Part shown: piece by piece, positions 1-17,860 of the stretch
How the letters are laid out: each line of letters begins with the position of its first letter
Numbering within the stretch: the first letter of the stretch is position 1
Assembly: GCF_009914755.1 (NCBI RefSeq)
Contig: NC_060938.1
Direction: 5' to 3' (one strand)
Source of the DNA: the human T2T-CHM13v2.0 reference genome, Homo sapiens
DNA: 64,000 nucleotides
Notes under the pieces: generated by a model
What the model was told of the DNA's origin: nothing
Databases searched by the model: none
Seen by the model: only the letters and a program-made list of their open reading frames with translations
Made by a program: the position numbers and the translations under genes

Positions 1-2340
1 AAGTGGAAAAGGAAAAGAAAATTTATCCTCCCCTCCATTACCTCCTATTGCACATCCTTTCTTGGTAGCTTTTTCTCTTTTCCCTTTTTCATTTACTTTT
101 TGACTTACATCTTACCCTTTTTGGAAGGCCTAATTAGACGGAAGCTTTGGGACTGGCATGGTGTTGGAAACCTGGGTCTGCGAAGGGAGTTCATATTACA
201 TTGGACATTTTGGTGGTGGATCACATGGCAGGAGTGAGAAGCAGGGTGAAATCCTGGAGGCCCTGCATGGACAATGATGCCACTTATTGTTGCCAGCACC
301 AGGCAGGCTCAAATCTCCTCTTTAGAGAAGTATCAGGAGCAGCAGCTGGTTGGTTTAGAGCTGCTATTTCAATGGTTAAAGCAAGAAATGATATATATCA
401 TGTTATTCAATGTAACATGAAAATATGTCTTGAAAACGAGGCTTCATTTTTTCCTTTTCTTTCCACCTTATCCATATATAAGTGATAATACAGTGGCTGA
501 TGCAAATGTCATAAAAGCATAAAGATGAAAATGGAGCAAGTGACTGGGGTTAGCTGAGAAGAAGATGTAGCCAAGGGAAAGACAGGAATCTGGCATCAGC
601 AATTAATCATGGCCAAATAAATCTGATATTTGACCGCAAGGATACCATCAGACACCCATTGAGAGCTTCAAGGAGTTCAGTTCCCTCAGTGATTACTAAA
701 GCCAGCTTTGATCATTTAAAAATCACATTTTGTTTTTCCAGAGGAGTTTGGTCTTTATTCCTTAAGCAAACATTGATTTATCCCTCTTTTCTGGGCAGAG
801 ATTCCTGTCATATAACCGCTCTGGCTAAAACAACTATTTCTGTGCTCCAAAGTCTCAGTAGCCTGCTTGTAGGAAGAGAATATTTTAGTCTCTTGGAGCC
901 GCCAACAGGCAAATAGAAGGTAAAGAAAAGACTGCCACCCCCACCTGCTAGGTTTGGAACCATCAGAAACCAGAGCTCAAACTTTATAAATAGAGGCAGC
1001 AACAGGGGTGTCACATTCACGAAAACCACTGGATGCTACAGCCTTTGGAAATCCTTGTTTGGATGATCTCAGTCAATAAATATCGTCAAGGTCAAAACCC
1101 AGACTTTGAAGGTATGGTGGAATCAAATGATCTTTTATTTGCAACTGCTGAAGGCAGGCTCCTCATATGTGGGAGAAGAAGAGCCCATGGCCTTGAGATC
1201 TCAGATCTAGGAAACTCCTGAGAGAAAAGAAAAAGGAAGGCCGACTGAGAAGGGGGTGTTCCCTGAGCTGAACCTGGAGGGTTGCAGCTGACATCTCTGC
1301 TCCTCCAAGCAGGGCTCCTGGAGGAGGGCACACGTGAGCAGCTTGGAGAACCACCAGACCAGGTGTGGTCTAGAGACTGAGTAGATCCCTGAGGCTGGAA
1401 GTTGATATAATTGCCAGAAAGCCACAGTCCTCCCCTGGAAGTGGGATAGCATCTCAGTCATAGATTGCTTTTCATGTATGTTAAAGATATCTGCTTCTGG
1501 CTTTTGGAATATATTTGCCAGCAAAGGCAAGTTTAATTAGGGTTAGAGGAAAGGTCCCTACTATCTCTTGCAAACATCCTCAGCCTGAAATGAGTAAAGG
1601 CAAGAGTGGGAAACTTTACCCAATCAAGCCCTGCAGGTGATTCTGCTGTAGGGAGCAGTGATCCAGGTGAATCTCTTTACCATCAGAGTTCAACAGCACA
1701 CACCATTCAAAGCCTGGGTAGCCTCTTCCTTTCTGGTGAAAAGAGCTCCAGCCACATACCAGGCACTGTGATGGGCTCCAAGGTGCAAAAATAAGTAAGA
1801 TTCTCTTTTGCTTTTGCCTTCACTGAACTAGTGACAAACAGACACATCCAAACTAAGTCCTAACATGATGGGATTAGAACTATGACAGGGGCATTACAAA
1901 GTGCTATGGAAATACAAAGGGAGGCTAAGTTAGTTCTAATGGGAGGAGTAGGGCCAGGCAGGCTAGCAGGAAAAGCCTATCATGAACTCTTTATTGAATT
2001 AACATGTTCAGTAATTTTAAATTAAGAGGTAGGATTTGAGCTGATAACCAAGAATTCTCCTGCTCAAGAAGGAAATGGCACCCCTAGCAGAAAGAAAACT
2101 TGAGCAAAAGACAACTAACATTTAAGATCGTGCTTCCCAAATTAGACATCTTATGCTCAGGAAGCCACTGAGTGGGTCAAGGCACACTCAAAGCCACAGA
2201 AAAAGGATGGTGCATCTTTCAGGGATGTTAATTTTGCTTAACTATTTGGGTAAAATAAGCTATATAAAAAGTAATTGAGGGTATTTTTAAAATTAAAATA
2301 GAATGAATGTTATAAAATAGAAGCCAAAATTGACTTGAAC

Positions 2341-2722
<382 letters not shown>

Positions 2723-2927
2723 TAAAATACTTTAAGTTTTAGGGTACATGTGCACAATGTGCAGGTTTGTTACATATGTCTACATGTGCCATGTTGGTGT
2801 GCTGCACCCATTAACTCATCGTTTACATTAGGTATGTCACCTAATGCTATCCCTCCCTCCTCCCCCCACCCCACAACAGGCCCCAGTGTGTGATGTTCCC
2901 TTTCCTGTGTCCAAGTGTTCTCATTGT

Positions 2928-6748
<3,821 letters not shown>

Positions 6749-6811
6749 TATGATGTTAGCTGGTTATTTTGCTCATTAGTTGATGCAGTTTCTTCCTAGC
6801 CTTGATGGTCT

Positions 6812-7829
6812 TTACAATTTGGCATGTTTTTGCAGTGGCTGGTACCGGTTGTTCCTTTCCATGTTTAGTGCTTCCTTCAGGAGCTCTTTTAGGGCAGGCC
6901 TGGTGGTGACAAAATCTCTCAGCATTTGCTTGTCTGTAAAGTATTTTGTTTCTCCTTCACTTATGAAGCTTAGTTTGGCTGGATATGAAATTCTGGGTTG
7001 AAGATTATTTTCTTTAAGAATGTGGAATATTGGCCCCCACTCTCTTCTGGCTTGTAGGGTTTCTGCCGAGAGATCAGCTGTTAGTCTGATGGGCTTCCCT
7101 TTGTGGGTAACCCGACCTTTCTCTCTGGCTGCCCTTAACATTTTTTCCTTCATTTCAACTTTGGTGAATCTGGCAATTATGTGTCTTGGAGTTGCTCTTC
7201 TCGAGGAGTATCTTTGTGGCGTTCTCTGTATTTCCTGAATCTGAATGTTGGGCTGCCTTGCTAGATTGGGGAAGTTCTCCTGGATAATGTCCTGCAGGGT
7301 GTTTTCCAACTTGGTTCCATTCTCCCCGTCACTTTCAGGTACACCAATCAGACGTTGATTTGGTCTTTTCACATAGTCCCATATTTCTTGGAGGCTTTGT
7401 TCGTTTCTTTCTATTTTTTTTTTCTCTAAACTTCTCTTCTTGCTTCATTTCATTCATTTTGTCTTCCATCACTGATACCCTTTCTTCCAGTTGATCGCAT
7501 CGGTTACTGAGGCTTGTGCATTCGTCACGTAGTTGTCGTGCCATGATTTTCAGCTCCATCAGGTCCTTTAAGGACTTCTCTGTATTGGTTATTCTAGTTA
7601 GCCATTCATCTAATTTTTTTTCAAGGTTTTTAACATCCTTGCCATTGGTTCAAACTTCCTCCTTTAGCTCGGAGTAGTTTGATGTTCTGAAGCCTTCTTC
7701 TCTCAACTCGTCAAAGTCATTCTCCGTCCAGCTTCGTTCCATTGCTGGTGAGGAGCTGCGTTCCTTTGGAGGAGGAGAGGCGCTCTGATTTTTAGAGTTT
7801 CTGGTTTTTCTGCTCTGTTTTTTCCCCAT
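6812..7829 (-). pseudogene. L1 ORF1p, disrupted (premature TGA, frameshift in A-run near 7414-7423)
   Basis: ATG at 7829 (MGKKQSRK...); ORF 6812..7372 ends ...YQPLQKHAKL. Confidence 0.95.
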
Positions 7830-8857
7830 CTTTGTGGTTTTATCTACCTTTGGTCTTTGATGATGGTGATGTACAGATGGGGTTTTGGTGTGGATGTCCT
7901 TTCCGTTTGTTAGTTTTCCTTCTAACAGTCAGGACCCTCAGCTGCAGGTCTGTTGGAGTTTGCCGGAGGTACACTCCAGACCCCGTTTGCCTGGGTATCA
8001 GAAGTGGAGGCTGCAGAACAGCAAATATTGGTGTACAGCAAATGTTGCTGCCTGATCGTTCCTCTGGAAGTTTTGTCTCAGAGGGGTATCCGGCCATGTG
8101 AGATGTCAGTCTGCCCCTACTAGGGGGTGCCTCCCACTTAGGCTACTCGGGGGTCAGGGACCCACTTGAGGAGGCAGTCTGTCTGTTCTCAGATCTCAAG
8201 CTGTGTGCTGGGAGAGCCACTACTGTCTTCCAAGCTGTCAGACAGGGACATTTAAGTCTGCAGAGGTTTCTGCTGCCTTTTGTTTGGCTATGCCCTGCCC
8301 CCAGAGGTGGAGTCTACAGAGGCAGGCAGGCCTCCTTGAGCTGTGGTGGGCTCCACCCAGTTCGGGCTTCCCAGCTGTTTGTTTACCTGCTTAAGCCTCA
8401 GCAATGGCGGGCGCCCCTCCCCCAGCCTCACTTCCACCTTGCAGTTTGATCTCAGACTGCTGTGCTAGCAATGAGCAAGGCTCCATGGATGTAGGACCCT
8501 CCCAGCCAGGCACGGGATATAATCTCCTGGTATGCCATTTGCTAAGACCGTCAGAAAAATGCAGTATTAGGGCGGGAGTGACCCGATTTTCCAGGTGCCG
8601 TCTGTCACCCCTTTCCTTGGCTAGGAAAGGGAATTCCCTGACCCCTTGAGCTTCCCGGGCGAGGCGATGCCTCGCCCTGCTTAGGCTCATGCTTGGTGTG
8701 TTGCACCCACTGTCTTGCACCCACTGTCGGACAATCCCAAGTGTGATGAACCCAGTACCTCAGCTGGAAATGCAGAAATCATCCGTCTTCTGCGTCGCTC
8801 ATGCTGGGAGCTGTAGACTGGAGCTGTTCCTATTTGGCCATCTTGGAACCACCCCCC
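7830..8857. promoter_or_regulatory. Complete L1 5'UTR (sense promoter on minus, antisense promoter on plus; YY1 site)
   Basis: YY1 motif 'ggccatcttgg' near 8836-8846; 5'UTR uninterrupted. Confidence 0.7.
8404..8649 (+). CDS. L1 antisense ORF0, open 81-aa frame
   Basis: MAGAPPPASLPPCSLISDCCASN...VTRFSRC matches primate L1 ORF0; expression not shown. Confidence 0.75.
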   Translation: MAGAPPPASLPPCSLISDCCASNEQGSMDVGPSQPGTGYNLLVCHLLRPSEKCSIRAGVTRFSRCRLSPLSLARKGNSLTP

Positions 8858-8990
8858 AGTTTTTTGTGTTTTAGTAGAGATGGGGTTTCACCGTGTTAGC
8901 CAGGATGGTCTTGATCTCCTGACCTTGTGATCCGCCTGCCTCAGCCTCCCAAAGTGCTGGGGTTACAGGCATGAGCCACCACACCTGGCT
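8858..8990 (-). mobile_element. AluY-like, 5' arm (continuation of 2525-2700)
   Basis: 'ttagtagagatggggtttcaccgtgttagccaggatggtcttgatctcctgacc'. Confidence 0.9.
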
Positions 8991-9119
8991 AAATGTTTTT
9001 ATAGAGAAGGGGTGTTGCTCTGTTGCCCAGGCTGATCTCAAACTCTGGGGCTCAAGTGTTCCTCCTGCCTTGGCATCCCAAAGTGTTGGGATTGCAGGCA
9101 TGAGCCACTGTGCCTGACC
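8991..9119 (-). mobile_element. AluJ-like 5' arm (continuation of 2341-2524)
   Basis: 'tgttgcccaggctgatctcaaactctggggctcaag...tgagccactgtgcctgacc'. Confidence 0.85.
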
Positions 9120-9708
9120 TGCTTTTGTTTTTATGATTACTTGATCAGGTCTCTGTCTTCCAGTTTGCCGTAAGCTCAGTGAAGACCATTTTTCGTCATT
9201 TTTGTATCCCCTGTACAATGATGCATGGTTGGCATTCAAAACTTATTAAAGAAATTTATTGAATCAAGTGCCAGAAGGCAATAAAACAATGTCTATAAAA
9301 TCACGAAGGAAAAATGTTATGACCCACAAGATTAAGCTTTAATTGTACTGGTAATGTTTCACTCCCTCCTTCATTAGAAAAATTTAAATACTACAGGTAA
9401 CATTAATGGGGTGTTTGACCACTGCCCACTCCCAACACCACACACATGCACACACACACACACGCATGCACACATATGTGCACACAGTGAAAATACCTTT
9501 CTTAAGAGAGATAACTACTGTTGAAAATTTAGTATGTATCCTTTCAGAATTTTCTCTATACATTTACATATATACACATGTATCTAAAAAAATACATAAT
9601 ACTAGTTTGTGAGAATGAGAGAGTAGGATCCTTGAGAATTTTCTACTTGGGTAAGTTGCCTTTCATTTGGGAAAGCAACAAAAAGACATTCCCAGATAAA
9701 CAAGTACT

Positions 9709-9709
9709 A

Positions 9710-9747
<38 letters not shown>

Positions 9748-9830
9748 CACACACACTATATATATATATTTAGTGTATATATACTATATATACTGTATAT
9801 ATAGTGTGTATAAATATATATATCACACAT
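9709..9830. repeat. (TG)n/(TA)n compound microsatellite
   Basis: Directly visible. Confidence 0.95.
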
Positions 9831-10689
9831 GTATTCTTTTCAAAGGAAGTTTTTTGAAAAACCGTTTCATTGAAGGGAAGATACAGAAAAGTTATGATAA
9901 CAAAGAATTCATGGATTATCTCCACTGATTTTAAATCCCAGAATTGTATTGTGTGTTTTCAGATGAGGTCTGTGGTCAGAGGAAATCTTTCTTTACACTG
10001 TCTCACACGATGTTTGCCTTTTTGTTTCAATGCCTTTCAGTGTGCCAGGAAATTGGGGTCTTAAGGCATATTCTCCCCTCTCCAGTGACTGCAAATCTTG
10101 TTTAATAACATCATTAATAATAATGCCATTCCAGTCTTTGCTAAAAATAATCAAACACCATGTGGCTAGGATGCTGTCCTAGAATAATTGCTAGAAAAAA
10201 ATCTCTCTTCTTTTCGTCACAAAAGCGTAGTTGTATGAATAACATATTGTTCATTTTATTGCCAAGGAAATTTAGATATGATTAGCTGCTATAATAATAA
10301 TAAAAAATATGCTGTCTGTCATTACACTTTATCATTTTTATCTAGTATCTGTAAATGTATCTGTAATATTGATGCTTAAAATCAATATAAAAATAAATGA
10401 TGTTTTAAAACATAAATAAAAATAAGTACACCAAAATGTTAACAGTTATTGTGTCTAATTTTAATTATGTGACCCTACTGTGTGACAAGTACTAAGGACA
10501 AAGCAATGGACAAGACAGACAAGAAAGAGTAGCAGAATTTTGGCTGCTTTATCCATATTTTATATTTTATGAAAATTTATACTTTCTACAAATTTGAACA
10601 TTTCTCATGCTTTCACTTTCATTGCCATTAAGCTATTCATACTATTCTTCTGTAATATTCTTAAGCTTGCCTGCTTCCATAGTTTTGTC

Positions 10690-13600
10690 TTGTTTCATTC
10701 TTCATATTTCTTTATAGCTTATATTATAGTTTATTTGTAGCTTCTGCTTTTTTTCTTAAGCAGTTCTGCCAGAGATTTGTCAATTTCTTAAGGCTTTTCA
10801 AAGGAAAATGTTTAGTTTTGTTGGTCCCTCTACTGTAGCTTTCTTTCATAGTTCATTAATTTCTGTCCTTTCATTATTTTTTTTCTTCTATGTTAGAAGT
10901 TTAGTCTATTTTTTAACTTTATAACTTCATAATTTGGGTGCTTAGCTTATTTATTTTCAGCCTTTCTTCTTTTCTAATGTAAGCATAATAGGCTATGCAT
11001 TTCCCTCTAAGTATAATATACATTTAAGACTATAAATTTCCCTCTGAGTATCACCAAATTCCATATTTTATTTTGTAGTTTTTTTATTGTTCAGTTCTAA
11101 ATGCAAAAGAACTCTGAAAATAATACCTACAATCTGTACTTTGCTAACAATTTGCAATGACCACAGTCTGTCACAGTCCATATACCTTATCAAAATTTTC
11201 CAATAATCCCCAAGCTAGAAGCCATGGAGTACCTACTAGTACTAACAGTATTATGAATAATCTAAACATAAACTCTGCCTTATTTCCTGAATACAAAGGC
11301 TGTTGGCCAAACAGGCTAAGACTGCATAGCATTCATTTCCTGTGAAGTTGCCAATCCATTAATTTGGTAAATAACCTGATTTTAAATTTACCTGAATAAA
11401 AATTATTTCCTATGTATTCTTGGGAAGTCAATTTTCTGATTGTGTGTCACGTATACATCTATACACGTATTTATGTATACAAATATTAAATGAAAATTTG
11501 GATAGTGTTCAATTTAGTTACTGCTTTTGGCTTTACCACAAATTTTTTAATACTCATTATTTCTGAAAGGATTATTTAGAGGTAAGCGTTAAAATGTACA
11601 AACACATGTTTCTTAAGTTATCTCTTTGGTTTTTATTTCTAATTTGTTAGCATTGCAGTCATAGAATATGGTCTGAATAATACCAAATCTTTAAAACTTG
11701 TAAAGATTTGCTTAATTGATCAGAATCCATTTTTATAAATGTTCCATGAAACCTTGATTCAAACGTATGTTCTCCATTTGTTGGGTGAAGCACTCTATAT
11801 GGCTAATAGAGTTGCTTTTTGTATTATTCAAAAATTCTAAGTTTTGAATTTTGTTCTGTTTGACTTATTGATTATTGAGAGATGTATATTTAAATCCTCC
11901 ACTTTATTGTAGCTTTGTCTATTTCTCCTCAGAGTTTCATCAACTAAGAGCCATGTAATTAGGTATATGCAAGATTAAAATTGTTGTATCTTTGTAGTGA
12001 ATTAAAGCTTTAACTATTATTTAGATACTCTATCTCTAGTAAAGCCTTTTGCTTTAAAGTCTGTTTTATCTGATAATAATATACATAGCTATGCCAAATT
12101 GTTTTTGGTTACTATTTGCCTGCATATACTTTTTCTCATGCTTTTAGTTTCAACTTTTCTGTGTTCTTATGTTTAAAGTCTCATATAAACAGTCATTGGA
12201 TAGATTATTTAAAATTCAGTGGGACCAGCTTTGTCCTTTAACTAAAAGGTTCAATTTGTGATTTTTTTCCCACTGCCTTCTGGCTTCTGTTGTTATTGAA
12301 AGATTACCTATCTTTTTGTAGGTAATATCTTTTTTTCTCTTGCTGCTTTTAAGATCTTTTGTTTGATTATTGTGTTCTGCCATTTTACAACAGCAGATGC
12401 ATATGGGTGTAAACACAATGAGTTTATAAGTGGGTTTTCTTTTAGTTGTTATGCTTGGAATTCATTGAATGTATAGAATCTGGGATTGGTATCTTTTATT
12501 ATTTCTGGAATATTTTCAGCTATTATATTTCCTAATTTTCTCTCTCCATTCTTTCAACCCACTCCTTCTGAGACTATGATTAGACATGTATTGCAGCTTC
12601 TCTTTCAATTATCCATATCCTTTACCTTCTCTTTTATATTTCACATCTTCATGTCTCCCTATGAGTTCTAGAAAATTTCCTTACATCTAACTTCCAGCTT
12701 ACTAAATCTCCCCTCAATTGTGTCACATCTGCTACTTAACCAATCCATAATTTTCATCGTTATATTTTTCATTTCTACAAATTCTATTCAGTTATTTTTT
12801 AAATCAGAAACTGTATATTGTCCCTTAATGTACTTTCAGTAACCTCTATTTAATTTCTTTAAACATTGAACATACCTGTTCTATATTTTAATCAGTGATA
12901 ACTTCAACATATACAGACTTTGCTGGTCTAATTCTATGGTTTGGTTTCTGCTAACGCTCTCTTGCTTCCTGATATGCTCGGCGATTTATACTTGCGAGCC
13001 AAGATTCCTTGGAACTTTACCTGTGGAATTTGTTGAGGCTTGAGTTTAAAGTGAGTGTCTTCAGAGATCATTTGCATTTATCCCTACCAAATACCTGAGG
13101 ACACAACCATCCAGGACCATTTTATATTAACTTTTCAGGCCTCGTGTGGTGGCTCAAACCTATAATCCCAGCACTTTGGGTGGCCAAGGTGGGGAGGATT
13201 GCTTGGGCCCATGAGTTTAGGAGTTTAAATTTAGCCTGGGTAACATAGTAAGACCCTGTCGCTACAAAAAATTTAAAATTTATTTAAAAAAGAAAAAAAA
13301 TAAATTTTCAACTTGGGTGTTTTTAGGCCAAATAATAGCATGAATTCTAGTCCTGAACCTTTTCAAGTATAAACTTATGGCTCAGCAATTCTTAGAGAGT
13401 TATGTCTTTGCCCTCTAACTTAGTCCACCAACAGAGCAGGTTTTTTTCCTAGTTTTGTTCCACTCTGAGTATGTTGCCTTTCAGGGAGTTTCAGCTTTAC
13501 TGAGGGGGATGTTCTCTGACCTTTCATCTGTCAAAGACCCCTATCTTACCTCTTGTTCTGAGTGTAAAGTGGTCTTTTGAACCCTGACTCTGGCTTACAG

Positions 13601-13830
13601 AGATCAGCAGGTATTCTTAAGGCAAACACCAGCACATGAGCAAGGTTCTCTTTAGTTTTATGTTTTTCTGTGATTTTGCCTCAGATATATTCCCTTAGTG
13701 TCTCCTACATCAACTGTACATTAAAAACAATAGGATTAGGGTTTTTCTTCTTTTATCTAGCATTTTTAAAGTGCTGCACTAGTAGGAATTTCTCTGAATG
13801 TGTACTCTGCCATATTGCCAGAATCTGAAC
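10690..13830 (-). mobile_element. Ancient L1M fragments, interrupted at about 11103-11565 and by a FLAM/Alu monomer
   Basis: T-rich antisense L1M motifs such as 'ctataaatttccctct', 'ataaatgttccatg', 'ttttgctttaaagtctgttttatctgata'; boundaries approximate. Confidence 0.7.
13138..13300 (+). mobile_element. FLAM / Alu left monomer with A tail
   Basis: 'ggcctcgtgtggtggctcaaacctataatcccagcactttggg'; TSD taacttttca / taaattttca. Confidence 0.85.
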
Positions 13831-14264
13831 CTTTTGATACTTTTTTGTATTTTCACATTTTCTACAAAGAATATGTTTTACTTTTATACTCTTCAAACCA
13901 GATATTTTTTCCAAAAGAGGTTATATACACCATTTTGAATATGATCACAGTAACACTGAAACATAGGACCCAGAAATATTAGAAGGAAATATGCTGAAAT
14001 GTATATAGGTAGGAGAATTATAGAGAGATTTTTCTTTCTACTTTTCTGTATTTTCTGAATTTTTAATAATAAATATTTATTTTAGAGATGAAGAAAGAAA
14101 ACTAGTTTTTAAGAAAAAGAATGAGAGTAAAAGACAAAAATATTATATCAAGAAACTACCCATGTAGGTAACCATATATTAGGTAAGCATTATCAGTATA
14201 ACCAACTGTCAGGATATATGAAAGCATTCAAAAACATTCTCTGTGTTGTTCCATATTGACATAT

Positions 14265-15115
14265 TGATGCTGGAATTTTCTGTCAGCCCCTTTGCCAGAC
14301 TTACAGCAGGGGTGTCCTGTCTACTTGGCCTGCTGCACTTAGCTCCTTACAGGAGGGAGAACATAAGTGAGCAAGTGCAATATCTGGGCAGCCACTCTGA
14401 GCACTGACACAGGAGCAAGCTCTGCGCAGGGCCCATGGCCAGACAAGGCATGTCACCTCAAGGGGAATAAGGTAGCACCCAGGCAAGGGTGCCCACAACC
14501 CTGAAGCTCCAGAGGGGGTGTTAGTGTGCTAATTAGCTCTTTTATTTCCACCGTCCACAGCCCAATGGAGGATGGGGTGTTAGCAGCGCAGTTGGCACCT
14601 GGCCTCATTGTGTGGGGTGGCTGCCCTCCACTGGTGGGGGAAAAGGCCACTGTGACAGTCTTTCTGGGTACCTGCACTTGGTGGGTCCCAAGCATAAAAG
14701 AAGGATGAAAATATACTGATAATCAAAGGGTGAGCAAGACGGGGAGTTTCACTGAGTGATGACACAGCTTTCCATGGAGAGGGGACATGGAGGTGGTCCT
14801 CCTACCTGAAGGTGGGAAAGTCCCCCCAGTGTGGCTGAGTCTGGGACTTTTATGGGCCCAGAATAAGGGAGGCGCAGGCCATACATAGTATTGGAAAAGG
14901 CAATATTTGACTGGTTAAAAGGCATTATTCAGAAAGAATCAATTGGGAAAGGGCTGGCAAATAGGAACAGACGTTCTCACTCTGGGTCATGGGTTTAATC
15001 TGGGACCAGCAGTCTGGTCTTTCAGCCTTCAGGCTGTTTTTTCGCTTGAAGGTGGAGTTTCACTGGGGACCCGCCCCTATCTGCCTAGGCATTTGGCTAT
15101 CTCCTCTCACTATCA
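14265..15115 (-). mobile_element. ERV1 solo LTR (LTR27/LTR28/MER52-like)
   Basis: TG...CA termini, TSD atat/atag; similar to LTRs at 34830-35550 and 42303-42699. Confidence 0.75.
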
Positions 15116-17189
15116 ATAGGGCTGGTTATAGATGTTTTTTTTTTTTTTTTTACTGAACCCTTGTACCATATGGTTATGCATCTCTGGGCTTGGAAGGGTC
15201 TGATTTGCATGTATTTATTTGTATGTACTTACATGTATTGACCTACTTACCTATCTTTCTCTGCCTGCTTACCTGACTGCATCCTCACCTGCTCCTGGGC
15301 TATGGCCTGCCATTGGCTGATTCCTTTGGCCTCTTCCTTAGGAACCCCTTCAGGCTAAGCACTAAGGATGCTCATCTTTATCTTAAAGGAAGGCTTAACA
15401 CAGTAATTGAGGTGTAGAAGGCCTTTAACAAATGTCTGGTGGAGAGAAGGACAATTCCCATGATTATATGAATAATAGGCTTTATGGTACAACTGGAAGA
15501 TTGTTTTCCTCTCATATACATACAAAAAACTCCCCAAAACAACTAGACATAAAGCCTCAAACTTCACTATCACAGAAAGTTTTTTTTTAAATAAAAGACC
15601 TGTTATTTGAGGTCTTTATTGAAAACAAAATGCAAGAAGGCAAGTAGCCCTGACAGGTGCTCATTTTCAAAATCAAGCCCATTTTCACTCACAGCTGCCT
15701 TACCTCTAATGGGTTAAACTAATTAGACAACTGAGAGAGACCTGTGGGCCTGGTTTCAATTCACAACAATCCACACAATGCTTGAGACTGCATTGTGTAG
15801 GCACCAGAAGAAAGCAGGAATAGGCCAGCTAACATCTATAGGCAGGCCCAGGAGTAGCAGGTAGGAGGCAGCAGCCTCACTGTGGGGAGGAGTGAGCCTA
15901 GAAAGTTGTTTGAGGTTCAAATGACACAAACTAAGTAAGAGCCTTGGTGAACTGGAAAGCCCTAGGCAAAGCTTGGGGGCTAATATTATTGTAGAGAGAA
16001 AGTGTCTGTGAACTTCCAGAAAGTCGATTGCCTTATTCACTATTCAGCTGGGGCTGGCCCTGTTCAGCCATGGGTGGAGAGAAAGCAAGGACCCCAGGGT
16101 GTTTTTGAGAGGCCTCAAACTTAATGCTTGTCTAAGCTACCACCCTCCTGGTTGACCATGGACAGAAGAAATAAGCTTCTTTTTAATGCATATCCTAGGG
16201 AGTGATTACAACAAATCCCACAGTGCTCTTAGGGATTTTGAGTCAATTGTTGTGCTTCCTTCATGCTGTTTAGTTTGCTCTCAGAAACCTGAGCAGCAAG
16301 CAGGTAAGTCTCCAGCAATCCACCCCACTCACCCCACCCCTTCCTCTTAAAGACATCTTAAGGGGCAATTGCTCCAACAATCTGCCCTTCTGGGCTGAAT
16401 GAGGCCTCAGCTTCCAAATGCTTAACAGCATGCCAGGGTAAGGAGAACACATAAGGCACAAAATCTGCTTCCCCAAGAAGAGCAGCTCTGGGAATTCTCT
16501 CAGTTTCACAGTCTCCCTCTCTCACAACTCTTGGTTAATTTTTTTAGGACAAAGACAAAACTAACAGATGATTTTTAAAAATATCCAATGCTTTATTTGT
16601 TCAATATGAATATAGGAGTTTAGCATAGATGGAAGGAATTAATCAAAGAGGCAATTGCATTTGTAGTCATCTATTTGACGAATCCCAACTGAAGTTCAAA
16701 ACAGTAGAAAAAAGGACAAAGAGGGCAAAGAGAAGGAGAGGTGCAACCCTCCAAATAAGCAGACATTGCCCAGAGGTATATAGGCAGGATGTTCTAAACA
16801 GGAATTTTAAGTATCAGATACTGACATATTTGTAAAGTCCTTTTCCCCTTGTCTACAAAAATGACATCCACGTTGCCACAGCCTTTTCTCAAGTGACAAG
16901 TACAAACCAACACAGGTGTTAGTGAAAGAAGGGCCCACCAAAAAATGGGGAAAAGTTAAAAATATATGCATAGAGATAAAAGATAACAGTTTGGCAAGGA
17001 TGACAGCTTGTTTGCAGCCGAGGCCCCATTGTCACATCATATATCCTTCTACAAGCTTGCTCTCATGCTCCAGCTGTGCCCCTCTACCACTGTTTCATTT
17101 GACCAAAGAAAACCCAAGTGCCTATGTTTGGCTTTCAAGTACCTGCTTGATCTGATCCTCTACTTACTTTTCTAGCCTTCTCTCACGTG

Positions 17190-17860
17190 GACTCTGGAAC
17201 TGGACTGCTGGTGCTGAATCTGGCCTCTGCCACTTAGACCTTGGGTAGGTAACTGGGTTTTTCTGTGCCTCAGGGTAATATAATGTTTCACAAATGCTGT
17301 CTTGACCCAGTTTTGAGATTATGGCTAAAAATCTGTCAATTCTCCTTTGCAGGTAGTTTCCTAAATCCACATTCCAACCTCCTTTATTGGGCTCTAATTT
17401 ACATAGGTTGCAACTTACACATCCAGCTGCCTGATGCCGAAGCTCTAAGGATGTGGCCCCTTCTTCCTTGCCCTTGCAGAAGCATTAAAAATATCCAAAC
17501 CACAAGAAGCCTGAGAAACCTAGCTAACCCCATCCACTTGCCATACACGAGCCCCCTTTTAACAGTTCCAGCTGCTGTTACCCTTTCCCTGGGGGTAGCA
17601 CCCTGTGTGACTCTGTGCAGCAGCCTTTTCTCATAAGGAGCTATAAGGAATAAAGTGTCTGCCTTTCACCTGTCCAGGGGTCCTTGTGTTCTGCCCCACC
17701 CATCATCCAAACTTAACAAATGTTTAAATAATAAAACACTCTGTTTCCTCATCTATAACATGAGTATGATTAGTACTATTGATTATAACTGCCTCATGGT
17801 AATGTTATGAGAATTAAATAAGTTAATATTTGTAAAGTGCTTAGAAGCTAGGCCAGTGTT
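17190..17860 (+). mobile_element. MIR split by a probable ERVL-type LTR (about 17270-17738)
   Basis: MIR core resumes 'ctctgtttcctcatctataa' at 17739; insert has AATAAA and ends 'aaaaca'. Confidence 0.5.

Noticed and set aside
11380-11450. Second minus-strand exon partnering the 11186-11261 segment
   Set aside because: Splice phases do not join into an open frame
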